A stretch of DNA of 64,000 nucleotides from the human T2T-CHM13v2.0 reference genome, Homo sapiens: the NCBI RefSeq assembly GCF_009914755.1, contig NC_060947.1, one strand, 5' to 3'. The stretch's first letter is position 1. Every line of letters starts with the position of its first letter. This document shows positions 32,213 through 48,675 of the stretch, piece by piece. The notes under the pieces were generated by a model, which worked only from the letters and a program-made list of their open reading frames with translations, was not told the DNA's origin and did no database searches. The position numbers and the translations under genes were made by a program.

Positions 32213-32770
32213 TGTAGAAGATATCTGTTATTTTTTTGTGTTCAGCTTCCATTGCCATCTAAATATAGCACACTGATTTTTCATTGGGGATTCACCCTCC
32301 TCCTACTCCATCAGATTGGTTTTTCTTTTTTTGAGACTACTTCCAATTTCCAGTTCCAGATATGTGTATGAGAGGCATGCCTGGGTAATCAGCATTTTCA
32401 AATTTTTTACCAAAGTAATTGACTTAGTGACAATACTTGGCCCAGTCGGATGCAACCCTGAGACTTTGGGTTAAACTGTAGGGGGTTAAAGATGTTAAGT
32501 TTGTGATTGATAAGTTAGTAGGATTTCAGTTTGGCGTATCTAGAGATTACCATGTTGAGAGAGCATGACAGAGAATGAGGCCAATGCAGAGGCAAACCAG
32601 GCAGAGTGGTAGAGTGAGAAACTAAGTCTTAATGATGTTTTTAAGTCCCTGAATTCCCATGCCTGAAGCCACATTTACTCCAGTGCCTTTCAGTTATCTC
32701 TCCCCCAAATTAGCTTCCACGTGCTTGAGCACATTTGAGTTGAATTTCTCTCCCATGTAACCAAGAGTTC
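32213..32770 (+). mobile_element. MLT1J/K-like (ERVL-MaLR) LTR
   Basis: gagaatgaggccaatgcagagg...cccatgcctgaagcc...tttgagttgaatttctc...aaccaagagttct. Confidence 0.65.
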
Positions 32771-33027
32771 TTTTTTCAAATTTATTTATTTTAAAAAATG
32801 GAAATATAAAACTATATGCATTTGACCTGTACACCATAATGTTTCGAAGTATGTGTACCTTGTGGAATGGTTAAATATGTGTACATTGTGGAAAGGTTAA
32901 ATCTAGCTAATTAACGTGTACATTACCAAACATGGTTATCATATTTGTGTGGTGAGAACACTTAACATCCACTTTCTTAGCATTTTTCTTTTTTTTTTTT
33001 TTTTGTTTGGGGATAGATAGATAAAAG

Positions 33028-33033
33028 TTTATT
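33028..33033 (-). terminator. AATAAA polyadenylation signal of the transduced segment
   Basis: tttatt on the + strand, 23 nt upstream (minus sense) of the A16 tail at 33004-32989. Confidence 0.85.
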
Positions 33034-33341
33034 CCATTTGGCCAAAGTGAGAACAGGGCAAGATCCCTCAGATATGTCTTTTTTTTAAATTTTATTTTTT
33101 TTATTATTTTTTTATTTTATTCTGATTATACTTTAAGTTTTAGGGTACATGTGCACAATGTGCAGGTTAGTTACATATGTATACATGTGCCATGCTGGTG
33201 TGCTACACCCATTAACTCGTCATTTAGCATTAGATATTATCTCCTAATGCTATCCCTCCCTCCTCCCCCCACCCCACAACAGTCCCCAGAGTGTGATGTT
33301 CCCCTTCCTGTGTCCATGTGTTCTCATTGTTCAATTCCCAC

Positions 33342-36179
<2,838 letters not shown>

Positions 36180-36224
36180 TCATCAACTGCAGTCGTCATG
36201 CTGCACAGTAGATCTCTTCCTACA

Positions 36225-36710
36225 GTTGAGAAATGTATTTTACATGTATTAAGTTGGAAATGCCTATTTAGGTTTTCCAGATTAAAATACAAGATGCCCA
36301 GTTAAATTTGAATTTCTGATAATTGATGAAATTTTTTTATTATATATCCCCAATACTGCTAAATCTGGTGAGCCTATGCCTATTAGATATCCAAGTGGAG
36401 ATGTTAAGTGGGAAGTTGTATATACAGACATGGCTCTCTAGAGAGAGGTCAGAGATTTTTATATATATCTGCAAGTTGTCGCAATAGCAATAGCATTCAA
36501 AGCTGTGGGACTAAAAGATTACAGTTTGGGAAAAAAGGAGATAGAGTTGAGTGAGTGTCCAGAGCTAAACCTGACGGCAACCTGCTTTGTGATGTCGAAG
36601 TCTAGCAGACCAGAGAGAATATGTGAAGTATTGAGAAGGAAGAGCCAGTGAAGGTGGCAATATAGTTTCAGGGAAAGCACGAAAAAAAGATAAGTTTTAA
36701 GACAGGATTC
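36225..36710 (-). mobile_element. L2, right part
   Basis: tgcctattagatatccaagtggagatgttaagtgggaagttgtatat...gagaggtcagag. Confidence 0.75.
36269..36376. mobile_element. MER53-like hAT MITE, internally deleted
   Basis: taggttttccagattaaaatacaagatgcccagttaaatttgaatttc...atctggtgagccta; perfect 8-bp TSD tgcctatt (36261-68 / 36377-84). Confidence 0.85.
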
Positions 36711-37549
36711 ATCAGCATCTCCAACAAAGATCAGCAAACCTCCTTCTCGAAATCATGGGTACACGCTTTCCTCATAATCACTTACCTACTGAATCTTTTC
36801 AACATCCCATCACTTCCTGAATATATTCAGATGCCTAGCCCCTTTGGCTATTGTTGGAGACATCTAGAAACTCATCCCTTGTCTGTGGGCATTGAGATGT
36901 TCCCTCTCTGCTGCGTTTGATATTGGGGACTTAAAAATCCCTTTTCTGTTTCTATCAAACAGCTTGAGACTTTAAAGGTTTAAAGAGTTAGAACAGATAT
37001 ATGCAGTGACTAATTAATAATTCAGAGTTATCTGTTCAGGGGTGAGAACATGGAAACAAACAGCTCTAGTGAACAGCTGCTCATGACTAGAGTGTTACCA
37101 ACATTGCAGAACCTACTGACCTCTTCATTTTTCCTCTCACCTTACTGTCTGACTTCTCTTCCATTTTCACTTTCTTTCTCCAAGGAGCCCACCAGTCACC
37201 CTCTTTATCTCTCCCTAGCACCTTCATTTCTTCCTTTCACTCATCCCTTAATTAATGGTGGAATCAAAGCATATTGTGGAAGGAGTTCTTCTGTTTGTTT
37301 TGTAATTTTCTTTTTATTGTTAACCAAAATATTTATTAGTATAATGTAATAAAAACTTACAGACAAAAAGAAAAGAATTAAGGCAATTGAGAAAGGACAA
37401 AAAAGTGGGAATTAAAAGCCCACTTTCTTCTTTCCTGCCCCCAGTCCCATGTCCTTTGGGATAATGTTAATATTATACATATATATCTATATATATTTTA
37501 TGTCAAATGGGAAGTTTTATGTACCGACACGTACCCACACACATATATA

Positions 37550-37710
37550 ATATTAACATGTATTGAGTGGCTACTATGTTCCAGAAACTATTATAAATGC
37601 TCCAAACACACGAATTTATTTAATCCTCACAAAAGGCCTTTGGCAGATAAGGAAACTGAATCACAGAGCATAAAAGTAACTTGCCCCAAATCACAAAGCT
37701 AGTAAATGTA
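37550..37710 (-). mobile_element. MIR
   Basis: tttaatcctcacaa...cagataaggaaactgaatcacagag...aagtaacttgccccaaatcaca. Confidence 0.75.
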
Positions 37711-39342
37711 TAATATACATGAGCATTAAAGGCATGGTATAAAATATGCTTTGACTAAAGTAAAATGAGCAGATATTTTCGGTGAAATCGAAATCTATCT
37801 AGAAAACATGGTGTTGTTTGAGGCATACTGTTAATTGATACAAATACTAATGCAACTTCCAGGTCTGCAGAATTTCTTCTGTGTCATTGGACTTCCAAAT
37901 ATGTTGTTGTTGTTGTCTGTGAGCTCAATTTCTGCTGAAGTTATCCTTCTACAGAAATTTTCACCCTTGTGTAATTTGAGTGAGAATCTTATCTTTGGGA
38001 GTAGTTTGAGACATGTAGAAATATTTTTATTAGCATTCAGGCCTAGGGTTAGCACATGAAATGGATAGCACTTGTTGGGTTTTACCCACAGGCTTGGCAC
38101 AAGCTCAGAATTCCCGTATTCCAAAGATAATTTTGTCCACGTATGATATGGGGCAGGCAGTTTGTGATTGGCAAATCAGCCACTCAGTTAGCTAACAGAG
38201 ATTTATGGGTTTCTTCTCAGGAACAAAAAAAGCAGCGTGGGCTTCCAGCTTTCTACAGGGAGTTATGTTCTGGCTTCCAGCAGCAATGGAGCTTGTGGCC
38301 TCTATTTCTATCATGAAGCAGGCATTAACACCACAGCTTCCAATTTCTGTTATGTGTTATCTTGTTATTTCTAGCACTCTGAAAATTTTCATCCTTTCTT
38401 GTTCATCTATCTATATATTTTTATTTAATATTGTCTGAATACTTTATACAGCATTTTTAATGTATTTGGAATGGGAGAGAGAAATTAATTGATGTGCTCA
38501 ATTGTCTACTCAAAAGTTTTAGTTTCATTTTTATCTTGGAAATACATAAATCTTTAAAGTGTGTAATCCACTCAATTTTTTTGAATTACTCTAATTTTTA
38601 GCATTTGATAGGTTTCAAAACTCGTTTCACAAATCCATTCCCCTTTTGCTCTTCTCCTACATTTATAACCTCCAAACTCAATGTTTTAACTGAGGCCAAA
38701 TAGGGATAGACTTAACTAAAAGGGTTGATTTTTTTATATTGTCTTGTTATAAGTTTAGTTATGGTTTTGCTTATGCAAAAATATCTATCTATAGTAAAAC
38801 TGCATATATTTCCTCATTTTATTCACTAGGAAAATTACTAAAACTGAAGAAACTTCATTTGCTTTGATATAATGTAGGAAGTAGCACATATTTCGAAACA
38901 AAATGGCACAGAGAAAGATTTTCTGTGGCTCAGAAAATTTTGCAGTGCTTTTGACATTAAATAAAATTCGAATACAATGTAAATATTATTGTCCATGAAT
39001 AATGGGAACTTTAAAAGTTGACTTGTGTTGAGCAGCAAAAGAGAGAAGCATAGAACTCGAAAGACAGGCTTGGGAAGCTTTCAGTAGGCAGAAATTTGAT
39101 TTTAAGTTTGGCAAGCTGATTGCATAACATTCTAGTTAGGTGGCATCAATGTATCTGTTTTAAAAGTAGCTTCCCCATCAATTTACTCTTCAATTAATTC
39201 TCTCAAAACTTAACTTGTTTGAAACACTGTGAGGGCAAGGTCAGACTTTGCATCACTATCTGATACCTAGTGTTTTCCTATCATGATGAAGAGAAAATAT
39301 ATATGGGGGCCTAATGCCTTCAAAGGTCAAAAATATTAGTTA

Positions 39343-39533
39343 AAGCCTACGTGACATGTGGGACACCATAAAACAATCAAATATTCAAATTTTCGGTGTC
39401 CCAGAAAGTGAAAACCAAAAGGATGGAAAATATATTTAACAAAGTAATAGCTAAAAACTGTACAAGTCTAGCAAGAGATTTAGACATCCATATACAGAAA
39501 CCTCAGAGATAACCAAATGGGTACAATTCAAAA
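39343..39533 (+). mobile_element. Isolated L1 ORF1 fragment
   Basis: tgggacaccataaa...ggtgtcccagaa...atatttaacaaagtaatagctaaaaac...ttagacatccatatacagaaacctcagaga (WDTIK..GVPE..LDIHIQ-like). Confidence 0.7.
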
Positions 39534-41213
39534 GCATTTGGTGAGTACCTACTACAGAAAAAGCACAATACTAATTAATTAAAATTAATTTCTTACTAGG
39601 TTTTTGCATTCTAAATTTTTCTTTTATCCAGGACTTTTTGCTTCTTAAAGATTGTGACTTCCAGCAAGTGACTGCTGAGCCATTTACTAGGTTTTGGCAA
39701 ATGATTCTATCAACAACAGTATTTCATAAATACAGATTAGGTCTCTATTTCCTGTGATATTAGAAAACAGTGAAAGGGAGAAAAGTCAGTAGCCTGAAAA
39801 TGAACTAGAGAGAAGCAATAAGAAGGATTACACTAATTCGCAATTATTAAGGATGTTAAATAACATTGCTGACAAATTCCCTACAAGTAGACTCTTTAGA
39901 AGAATTTAGTTTTTCAGGAAAAAAAGATGCTGCAGGTGTTTTGGGACCAAAAAGTTTTGGCATTTATCATGAGAGACATCAAAAAACTTCCACATGAAGG
40001 CATAGGGGTTGTCCAAAAGTCTCTTCTTGTTCTTATTGTCATGATACATATTTTGATTTATTTCAAAAAATTAAGCACATTTCTATGCTAGAGAAAATAT
40101 TGAAGAACTCTTGTCTGTTTCTGTTTTTCCATTTTAGTGTAGTAAGTCAATAGCATTTTTAACTTTTGTGCCTAGAATTCCAATGTTTACACAGTTTTTA
40201 TTGCATCCTAGGATTTTTGAATGATTATTAGATGGTATTTTTATAATAATGTTTTCCAGAGATTTTGACTGATTCCTCAGTTAGCAATCAAATATCTATT
40301 TTTGTTTGCATTGGTGAATACTATAGTATGATTTGGTCTGAAATAATGGGTAAGTTTCTCCTATATTTTGTAGCTTTTCTATGCTTTTCTTATTATTGTA
40401 AAGCCTAGAAAATGATTCCTTACTTACGTTTTCCTGCATTCTAACATAACACCACTTAAATATGTATACATATATACACACTACATTCCAAAGTCAAAGT
40501 GTCAGTTTCCAGGATGACACGATGATCCCTGTTTCTAAACATTTGAATTCATTTCAAAGCTCAGGAAAATTGTCACGAATAATGGCTGTAATTATTACAG
40601 TACGTTTGTTCTCTAAATCGACTTTAGGGAGAAAATGTTATACTGTTATTTTTAGCAATGATATAAACTAGGCTGTTGAATTGAGGGATTGCTTCCAAAC
40701 TGACCTGGAAAGGAGACACAGCTACCGCTGCTTCAATTACATTAATATGGAATACCTGGCTATTTTAAGGCCTATGTAGCCTTCAGTTTTTTGGCTAGGA
40801 ATCACAATGTTGCTACCTCCTCTACAATTTAAATCCCCAAATTGAGAAGGAACTGTGATTTCTCTATCTTGTATTTTATTATTATTAATATTATTTTAAC
40901 ATAATCCATTTTTAGTTGTATATTTTTGTTGAAATTTTATTTGAACTTTTGCAGATGTAAAGCTAAGTGAATTCAGAATTAAAGTCATGAAATTAAGGCA
41001 TGATTCTTATATACATTATTTTAAATGGACAAAATCATAACTCTTCTAAATCCACTAAAATTGAAGAAATTTTTCAGTTAAGTTCCTAACTGATAGGTTT
41101 GTTTTCTGTGTCAAACCTGGAAGAGTCAGCCCAATAAAAACAGTGAAAATAATTGGATTTTTAAATTGAATTTGAGTGTTTTTCTTGATTACAATTTTTT
41201 TAAGTTTGTGGAT

Positions 41214-42537
41214 ATTTATTTATTTATTATAATTTCGGCTTTTATTTTAGATTCAGGAGTACACGTGCAGGTTTGTTACATGGGTATATTGTGTGATGCT
41301 GAAGTTTGGAGTACAAATGGTCCTGTCACCCAGGGCGTAAGCATAGTACCCAACAGGTAGTTTTTCAGCCCTTGTCCTTCTCCCCCTCTCCCCGCCTCCC
41401 ACACTAGTGTCTGTTATTTCCATCTTTATGTTCATGTGTACCCAGTGTTTAGCTCCCACTTATAAATGAGAACATGTGGTATTTGGTTTTCTGTTCCTGG
41501 ATTAATTCACTTAGGATGATGGCCTCCAGCTCCATCCATGTTGTTACAGAGGATATGATTTCATTTGTTATGGCTGTATTGTATTCCATGGTGTATATGT
41601 ACCACATGGCGTATATATACCACATTTTCTTTATCCAATTCACTGTTTATGGGCACCCTGTCTTTGCTATTGTGAATAGTGCTGCAGTGAATATACCTAC
41701 ACACATGTGTCTTTTTGGTAGAATGATTTATTTTTCCTGTGGACATGTACCTAGTAATTGGGATTGCTGTCTTGAATGATAGTTGTTTTAATTTCTTTGA
41801 GAAATCTCCAAACTGCTTTCCATAGTGGCTGCACTAATTTACATTTCCACCAACAGTGTATAAGCATTCCCTTTTCTCTGAAGCCTCACCAGCCTCTGTG
41901 ATTTTTGACTTTTTAATAATAGCCATTCTGACGGGTGTGTGATGGTATCTTGTTGTGGTTTTGATTTGCATTTCCCTAATGATTAATGATGTTGAGCATT
42001 TTTTCATGTGTTTTTTGGCCACTTGCATGTCTTCTTTAAGAAGTGTCCATTCTGTTCATGTCCTTTGCCTACTTTTTAATGGGGTTATTTGTTTTTTGTT
42101 TAAGTTCCTTATAAATTCTGAATATTAGACTTTTGTTGGATGCATAGTTTGGAAATACTTTCTCCCGTTCTGTGGGTTGTCTGTTTACTCTGTTGATAGT
42201 TTCTTTTTCTGTGCAGAAGCCCTGTAGTTTAATTAGGCCCCACTTACCAATTTTTGTTTTGGTTGCAAATGCTTTTAAGGACTTAGTAGTAATTATTTCC
42301 CAAGGCCAATGTCCAGAATGGCATTTCCTAGGTTTTCTCCTGGTATTTTTATAGTTTTAGGTCTTTCATTTATGTCATTTATCCATCTTGAGTTAATTTT
42401 TATATTTGGTCTAAGGTAGGGGTCCCGTTGTATTCTTCTGCATATGGCTAGCTAGTTATCCGAGAACTATTTACTGAATAAGTCCTCTGCCCATTGCTTA
42501 TTTTTGTCAACTTTGTCGAAGATTAGATGGTTGTAGT
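41214..42537 (-). mobile_element. L1PA15/16-like 3' fragment
   Basis: ttttattttagattcaggagtacacgtgcaggtttgttacatgggtatattg; ORF2 C-terminal peptide [20 protein letters not shown]. Confidence 0.9.
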
Positions 42538-42889
42538 TCCTATTTCCTGGTGCATTAGTGTTTCTGAGGTAAAACAAAACATAATATGAATGTCGTTTGC
42601 ATATAAACCACCCTTAAAGACTTCTTTCAATTTTGTTTTGACATACTTTTATCACACAATATTATTTTTGTTTGGAGTATTTTTTTTGTTTTTGTTTGAC
42701 TGTTTCTCCAAATTATTTGTATGAAACTGAATTATGTAGCTTAGTGTCTGCAAATAATTTCAATTTTTGAAGTAGAGAATATTTTCAGAAACATAATAGT
42801 CTAAGTAAAAGAATACATGGCAAAAGGAGAGTAACATCAAAAGGGAAAATAAATAGTGTTCTATACACGATTGAATTGCAACAACAGTA

Positions 42890-43042
42890 ATAACAATGAC
42901 AATAGTAGCTGCCATTAATATAGCATTTATCATGAGCACTACACTGTTTTAAGTGCTTTATGTACATTAATTCATGTAATCTTCACAACAGTGGAGAAAA
43001 CAAAGGCAAAAAGAGATTGAATAATTTGCTAAAGGTCACAGT
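42890..43042 (-). mobile_element. MIR
   Basis: aagtgctttatgtacattaattcatgtaatcttcacaaca...ataatttgctaaaggtcacag. Confidence 0.7.
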
Positions 43043-43869
43043 GGAAAAGTCACAAAGGAAAAATGAAAAGTCCAGATAAAGCCAGAAGAGTTTAAAAATA
43101 AATGTTCAGAATATTGTTAAGTGCAGCTACTGAGAAATGCAAAAATTAAGAATAGAAAAATATTAAGAGATATCAGAAAAAAACTTGTTTAATTTTCAAG
43201 GACCTGAATTAAAAAAAAGACTGATGATATCATTAGTTGCTAAAAGTAAATCAAATCAGTGTGTAAATAGATCTATTTGAAGAAAACAATTTTGAGGTTT
43301 AGTTGTGATTCCAGGTTATCTAGATTCATTGGGCAAGTCATGTTAAGTCTAGGCGCAGATCTCTTTCACCGTAACAAAAGGGATTTGGTGAATTTCTAAA
43401 GCCCCTTTCCCCCAGATCAAATTGATTACATTTACTTAATACTATTTAATGGCCATTGATTTTTTGGCTGAATGCAATTAAAACCAGTGGGGTCACCTGA
43501 GCATAATGCATTGGAAATATTAAATATTTGTATTTTATATTAAAATATTGAAGATTTATTACGGATTTCCCTTGAAGGGAAAGGCAAGGAACCATGTGTG
43601 GTCCAGAGTTGAATCTGGTAGTTTTTGAAGACCTTGGTAATAGCTGTGTGGCCTTCTCACCACCCTTCACCACTAGAGCCAATAAATCCTAATTATTTAT
43701 TAAAACCTTGGTTCACACAGAGACAGCCCAGTTGGCCAAGGTTTTGTCATGTGTCTAGATAATTGGCAACATTAAAACAATGAGAGGAAAAACATGGCAG
43801 AAGGAGTTTTATATAGAAGGAAAGCAGGTTCAGCCAATGGAAGATAAGCAGTTCTCTTGTGTCTACTAT

Positions 43870-44280
43870 TGTATTAGTCCATTCTGCATTGCTATGAATC
43901 AGTGCCTGAGACTGGGTAATTCATAAAGAAAAGAAGATTATTCAGCTCACGGTTCCGCAGGCTGTGTAAGAAGCATAGTGCCAGCATCTGCTTCTGGTGA
44001 GGGCCTCAGGAAGCTTCCAATCATGGCAGAAGGTGAAGGGTAGCCAGTGTGTCACATGGCGAGAGTGGGAGCAAGAAAGGAGGAAGTTCCAGGCTCCTTT
44101 AAACAATCAGATCTCTTGTGAAGTCAAAGAGCAAGAATTCAGTCATTATGGTGAGGATTGTATCAAGCCATTCATGAGGGATCCACCCTTATGACCCAAA
44201 CACCTCCCATCAAGCCCCACCTCCAACACTGGGGATTACATTTCAACATGAGATTTGGAGAGAACACCCAAACCATATCA
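43870..44280 (-). mobile_element. MSTB/MSTA (ERVL-MaLR) solo LTR
   Basis: tgtattagtcc...ctggtgagggcctcaggaagcttcca...aaaccatatca; perfect 5-bp TSD actat (43865-69 / 44281-85). Confidence 0.92.
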
Positions 44281-47200
44281 ACTATGGCTTAATAACCATA
44301 GGAATTTTGGAAACCTTTTTTTTTAAATGTGAGGCTTTAATATATGATTATGTTTTCCCTTGAGATGATTAATATCTCAACGGAGACAAATATATGAAGA
44401 ATGAAAAATAAGATGTTAAAAATATTCTACATTACGTACTGCTAAAGATTTATATTGAAAGATTGTAAAACAGGTAAGAATTGACTCTTAGAGTACTTCC
44501 CCCTTCAATTTTTAAGTCTAAGTGTATAATTATTGTTGCAAATGTATAAGATTTTTTTAATCTTGTAACTGACAAGCTGAACATAATTACTAATTTCTCC
44601 TCAGAATTTCCATCTTTGATAGAGTTATGAGTTTTTCCCCAATAGATGCCCACTTGAAAAAAATCACACAAAAATACTTTTTAAAATGTGAACATAATAT
44701 CTGAGTGAAAAACGTCATCTTAATTGAGAATTTTTATATTATTAAAAATTAAGTGAATGATTAAAAATGCCAGGGGAACAGAAGATTGTTTCATATGGCT
44801 CTCTGTTCAATGTGGATTGCCAATGTGGGAGAAAATCCTTGTAAATCTTAGCATTGCTCCCACACAGCCACCTACACAGATGATCGCTTGACTTTCACGC
44901 TAACAATAGATGTGTTAGTAGAACTCTCACCATCTGCAAAGTGAAGTGCACTTAAAAAGAAGTCACTGCAGCAGACAGTAGTAATTGCTTATATATTGTG
45001 ATTAGCATTTTATATTTACAATTAAAAGGTAAGATTTTAAGCTATGATAGCTTCCAGTTTAAATAAAAGCAGTCCCTATGGTAGCTCCCAGATTAAATAA
45101 GGTCAGTCCTAGATACCAGATAAACTTATTTTAGAAAACTTGATTTTGAATTTCTTTCTACTTAAAATTTATCTGTATCCAAGAATGCAGATATGAATTC
45201 TGCTATTCTCACTTCTCCTTCAGTGATAACACTCAGAATCATGTGCATTAGGATAAAGTCTGCTACAGAGTCTAATTGTTACAAGTGTCCTAATTTTGTA
45301 AATAGAATTCTTTCAAGGGCACATTTATTTGGGTTCCTCTGCTCTTAAATCTAGTTTTATCATCATTGAAGAATGAGTATTGTAGAAAATAAACTTTATA
45401 TCATTGGAAAATATGGTCTTTGGTCTCCTTTCCCGTATTGATTTTTTTGTCAAAGATGGAAAGGCCCATTATTCCATTACTTGGACTTAGTGGAAAATTC
45501 TAAGGCAAAGTGTTAGAAAATGATTTATCTAGATTATTCATAGGGAAAAGAGTGGCGTAAGGGCTCATGGGTAGAACCTGCTCATAGTTGGAATACTGTG
45601 TGTGACAGAGAGGAAAGCAGGCATGTGGCTGATGGAAGGTAGGGTGAGACCCATTTTTCTCAACCCAGTACAAACAGGTACATTACCACTCTATACTGGC
45701 AAAGATCCCATGTGTTTCCAACCTGCATATTTCTAACATTTGGCCTGAATAATCTTGTTCTTTCACATAGATGAGTGAGGCTGTCTGTATGAGCTATGAA
45801 AGCTACTGTAACCCTAAAATATTATCTAAAATAACATTGCCTAAAATTATATGATGAATTGCTCATTTTTATATTAGAAACATGTCCTTTCCTCGCCTAT
45901 TTTACTGCAGAATATTATAGAAAAGGTAGTACATTAAGACAATAATAACTCGGTATGATTTAGCTTTATTTTCTTTCCAAATAAATTATAATTCTAGAAA
46001 TTTAATATTAGAAGGAAATTTAGGATTAGAAGGAAAATAAAATATCATCTAGTCCACCCAATACATTTTACAGATGATAAAATTGAGGCTCAATAAACAC
46101 TCACACACAAGCACAAATCCAGAATGAATCCCTAAGACTCCTGACTTCAGTCTAGTGCTTTTTCCATTATACCATAATAAAACATTAAGACAACAGTTGT
46201 CCCTTGGGGTGAGGGTGAGGGGATGCTGGAAAGGAATCGAAAGCCTGAGGAAAATAGAGGAAAGAAAGTAAGCTGACCTCCAATTATTTTTCTAAAATTG
46301 ATCCACAAAATAGAATTATTAGCAGGATTGAATTTATTTAAACCAGCAAGTTTAGATGTGTGTATACATCTAAACTCCAGTTGGAGTTTTGGTACTAAAA
46401 ATATACTCAAGGAGACATAATTGCCAATGTGGAAATCTGATATCATGTCTACTCCAGAAAGGAAGGTTACCATTTTACTAGAGAATTTAACCTTAAAAAG
46501 TAGTAGATTATCTTTGTGACAATTGTTTAGACATATAGACAAATATTTTCTTAAGGTTTCAAGGCAGTGTGGCTTGTTGAAGATTACCAAGTTATGTTTT
46601 AGCAGCCCGTACTTGAACCAAGAAGATCAAATTCAAACTGCTCCCTAACTATATAACCTTAACTGAGACAAATAAACCATTTAATCCTCATTTTCTTCTC
46701 CAGTAAAATGGGAGTACTAAGATTTCAATTGGATAATTCATGTGAGGGTGCCAGATGAAGAGACTGAGTTCAAACTCTTAATTTTTACTCTAAAACCTCT
46801 GCTCTTAACCACTGTAATATAATGATTGAAGAAGTGTTTGTCAATAACTATTTTATGTTACCAATAATAATACTTTGCGTAGATGATAAGTTTGTAATTT
46901 TAAAAGCACTCAAACAACTTTCTAGTATTCTCCACCACCACAGAACCTTTTAGCCTCTTGATCCCTCACAGTTCTACAAGGCTGCCACCACACTATTGGT
47001 TTTATGTGATTTGCTATTCAAACTGGGTCTTGTATCTATCCCCTTAAAACAAGTTTAACCAACATTCTCAATTGTACTTCTTTATTTCTTCTTTGTATAT
47101 GTCTCTCAAAACCTCACTGTTACAGCTATCATAACTAAATATTTACTTTCTTTGCTCTTACTCCAGGGCTGCCAAGATTTGCTAAGAAAAAGAAAAGAGA

Positions 47201-48089
47201 AGTGTATTCAGTTTATAATCTGGCTTGCCAACTCTGCCACTTTATTAGCTTCATTGTAGTTGTGAAGATTAAATTATTTTTTAAAAAATAAGCTTGTATA
47301 CATGATTTATTGCTGTGCCTGATATTGTAGACACTAAATAAATTATTACTGTTATTATTCTGTAGTCATAGAATATCTCTTTGGAATAAGGGATGAAGTA
47401 ACAGTTTTGCTCAAACAATTTTTCTCTGGCAATCATTCTAGACCCTATGAGGGACTTTGTACTGGATGGTGAACGGAAACTCATACAGGAATCAATGTTG
47501 GTGAGTCACCAACAATTAAATTCAGAATCATGGTGGGAAAGGAAGTCCAAGGAATATGTAATACAATTATTCAGCTTTACAAATGAAACTCTGACTGACA
47601 AAACACAGTAGTTAGACAAAATTTGGAATATAAAATGTAAAAATCAATAGCCCACTGGAAACCAGTGTGCTGTTTAAAATCATCTTATTGAAAAGTTTAG
47701 ATAAATATGTTTTAAAAAGCAAAACAACCAGCCATTCAGGATAGCTTCCTGGATCTTTCACCTCCTCCCATTCCTATGTTTGATACCCTAGTTCAGGCTC
47801 TTATTACTCGTCTCACATGAACTGTGGCAATAACAAAATAGTTCTTATTGTAATCAGATATTCGCTTCTGCAATCTAGCTGCCACACTGCTACATCCATC
47901 TTCCTGCCCATCCATCCAAATATTTATCCATCCACTAGGCACTGTGTTCAACACTGGGAATCTATTATAAAATAGATCTATTAAAAGTAAACAATCAAAT
48001 ACCTCTAGAATTCTCTATTCTTAAGAAATACTCAGCCCTGTGAAGAGGGTATATAATCATAAAATTACAATATGATAAAATAATCGCTT

Positions 48090-48440
48090 CCAGGTATTGA
48101 CGAAATAAATTATGGTAACATCTGTATATTGAATTACTATGCAGCCACTTGCTTTAGTAAGTGAAAGGGGAAGCAACAAAACATGCTCATGCTGTATTAT
48201 ATTGATATTAATACATCTAATATATACATGCATATGAATTATACAAATATATTTTAGATAACTATTTTCATATGTATAAAAGTACATGAAAACATCCAGA
48301 ATGATATTCATTCTAGTGCTAACAGTACTCTACAGAACTGTTGAAATTGAGAGAATTTTCATCTACTTCCTCCCTCTTTGCACATTGATTTTTTTTTACA
48401 ATAAGCATGTATTTTATGAGTAATCAGATTTGTATTTTAA
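48090..48440 (+). mobile_element. Ancient L1ME-like 3' end
   Basis: gaattactatgcagcca...taagtgaaa...tttttacaataagcatgtatt. Confidence 0.5.
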
Positions 48441-48444
48441 AAGC

Positions 48445-48675
48445 TGTACAGGCAGACAGTATCAAGTTGTGCTTGACTAGGGGGTTTAAGTGAATCTCAG
48501 ATCTACCGCTTCCTAGATATGTTATTTTGACCTGTCTTTGCCTCACTTCCTCATCTGAGTAATAGAGGAAATTATGGTGCCTTCTTCATAGAGTTGTCAG
48601 TATGAGATAAGATAATCCAGCTAACGTCATGTTAGCTGGATTATGCCAGGTACCTGGCAAAGAGTAAATGTTAAA
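48445..48675 (+). mobile_element. MIR containing a 14-bp-arm palindrome
   Basis: tgcctcacttcctcatctg...ttcatagagttgtc...cctggcaaagagtaaatg. Confidence 0.72.

Noticed and set aside
46147-46590. 147-aa minus-strand ORF in mostly unique DNA
   Set aside because: Non-ATG start, no recognisable domain, and it ends in a MIR-like fragment.
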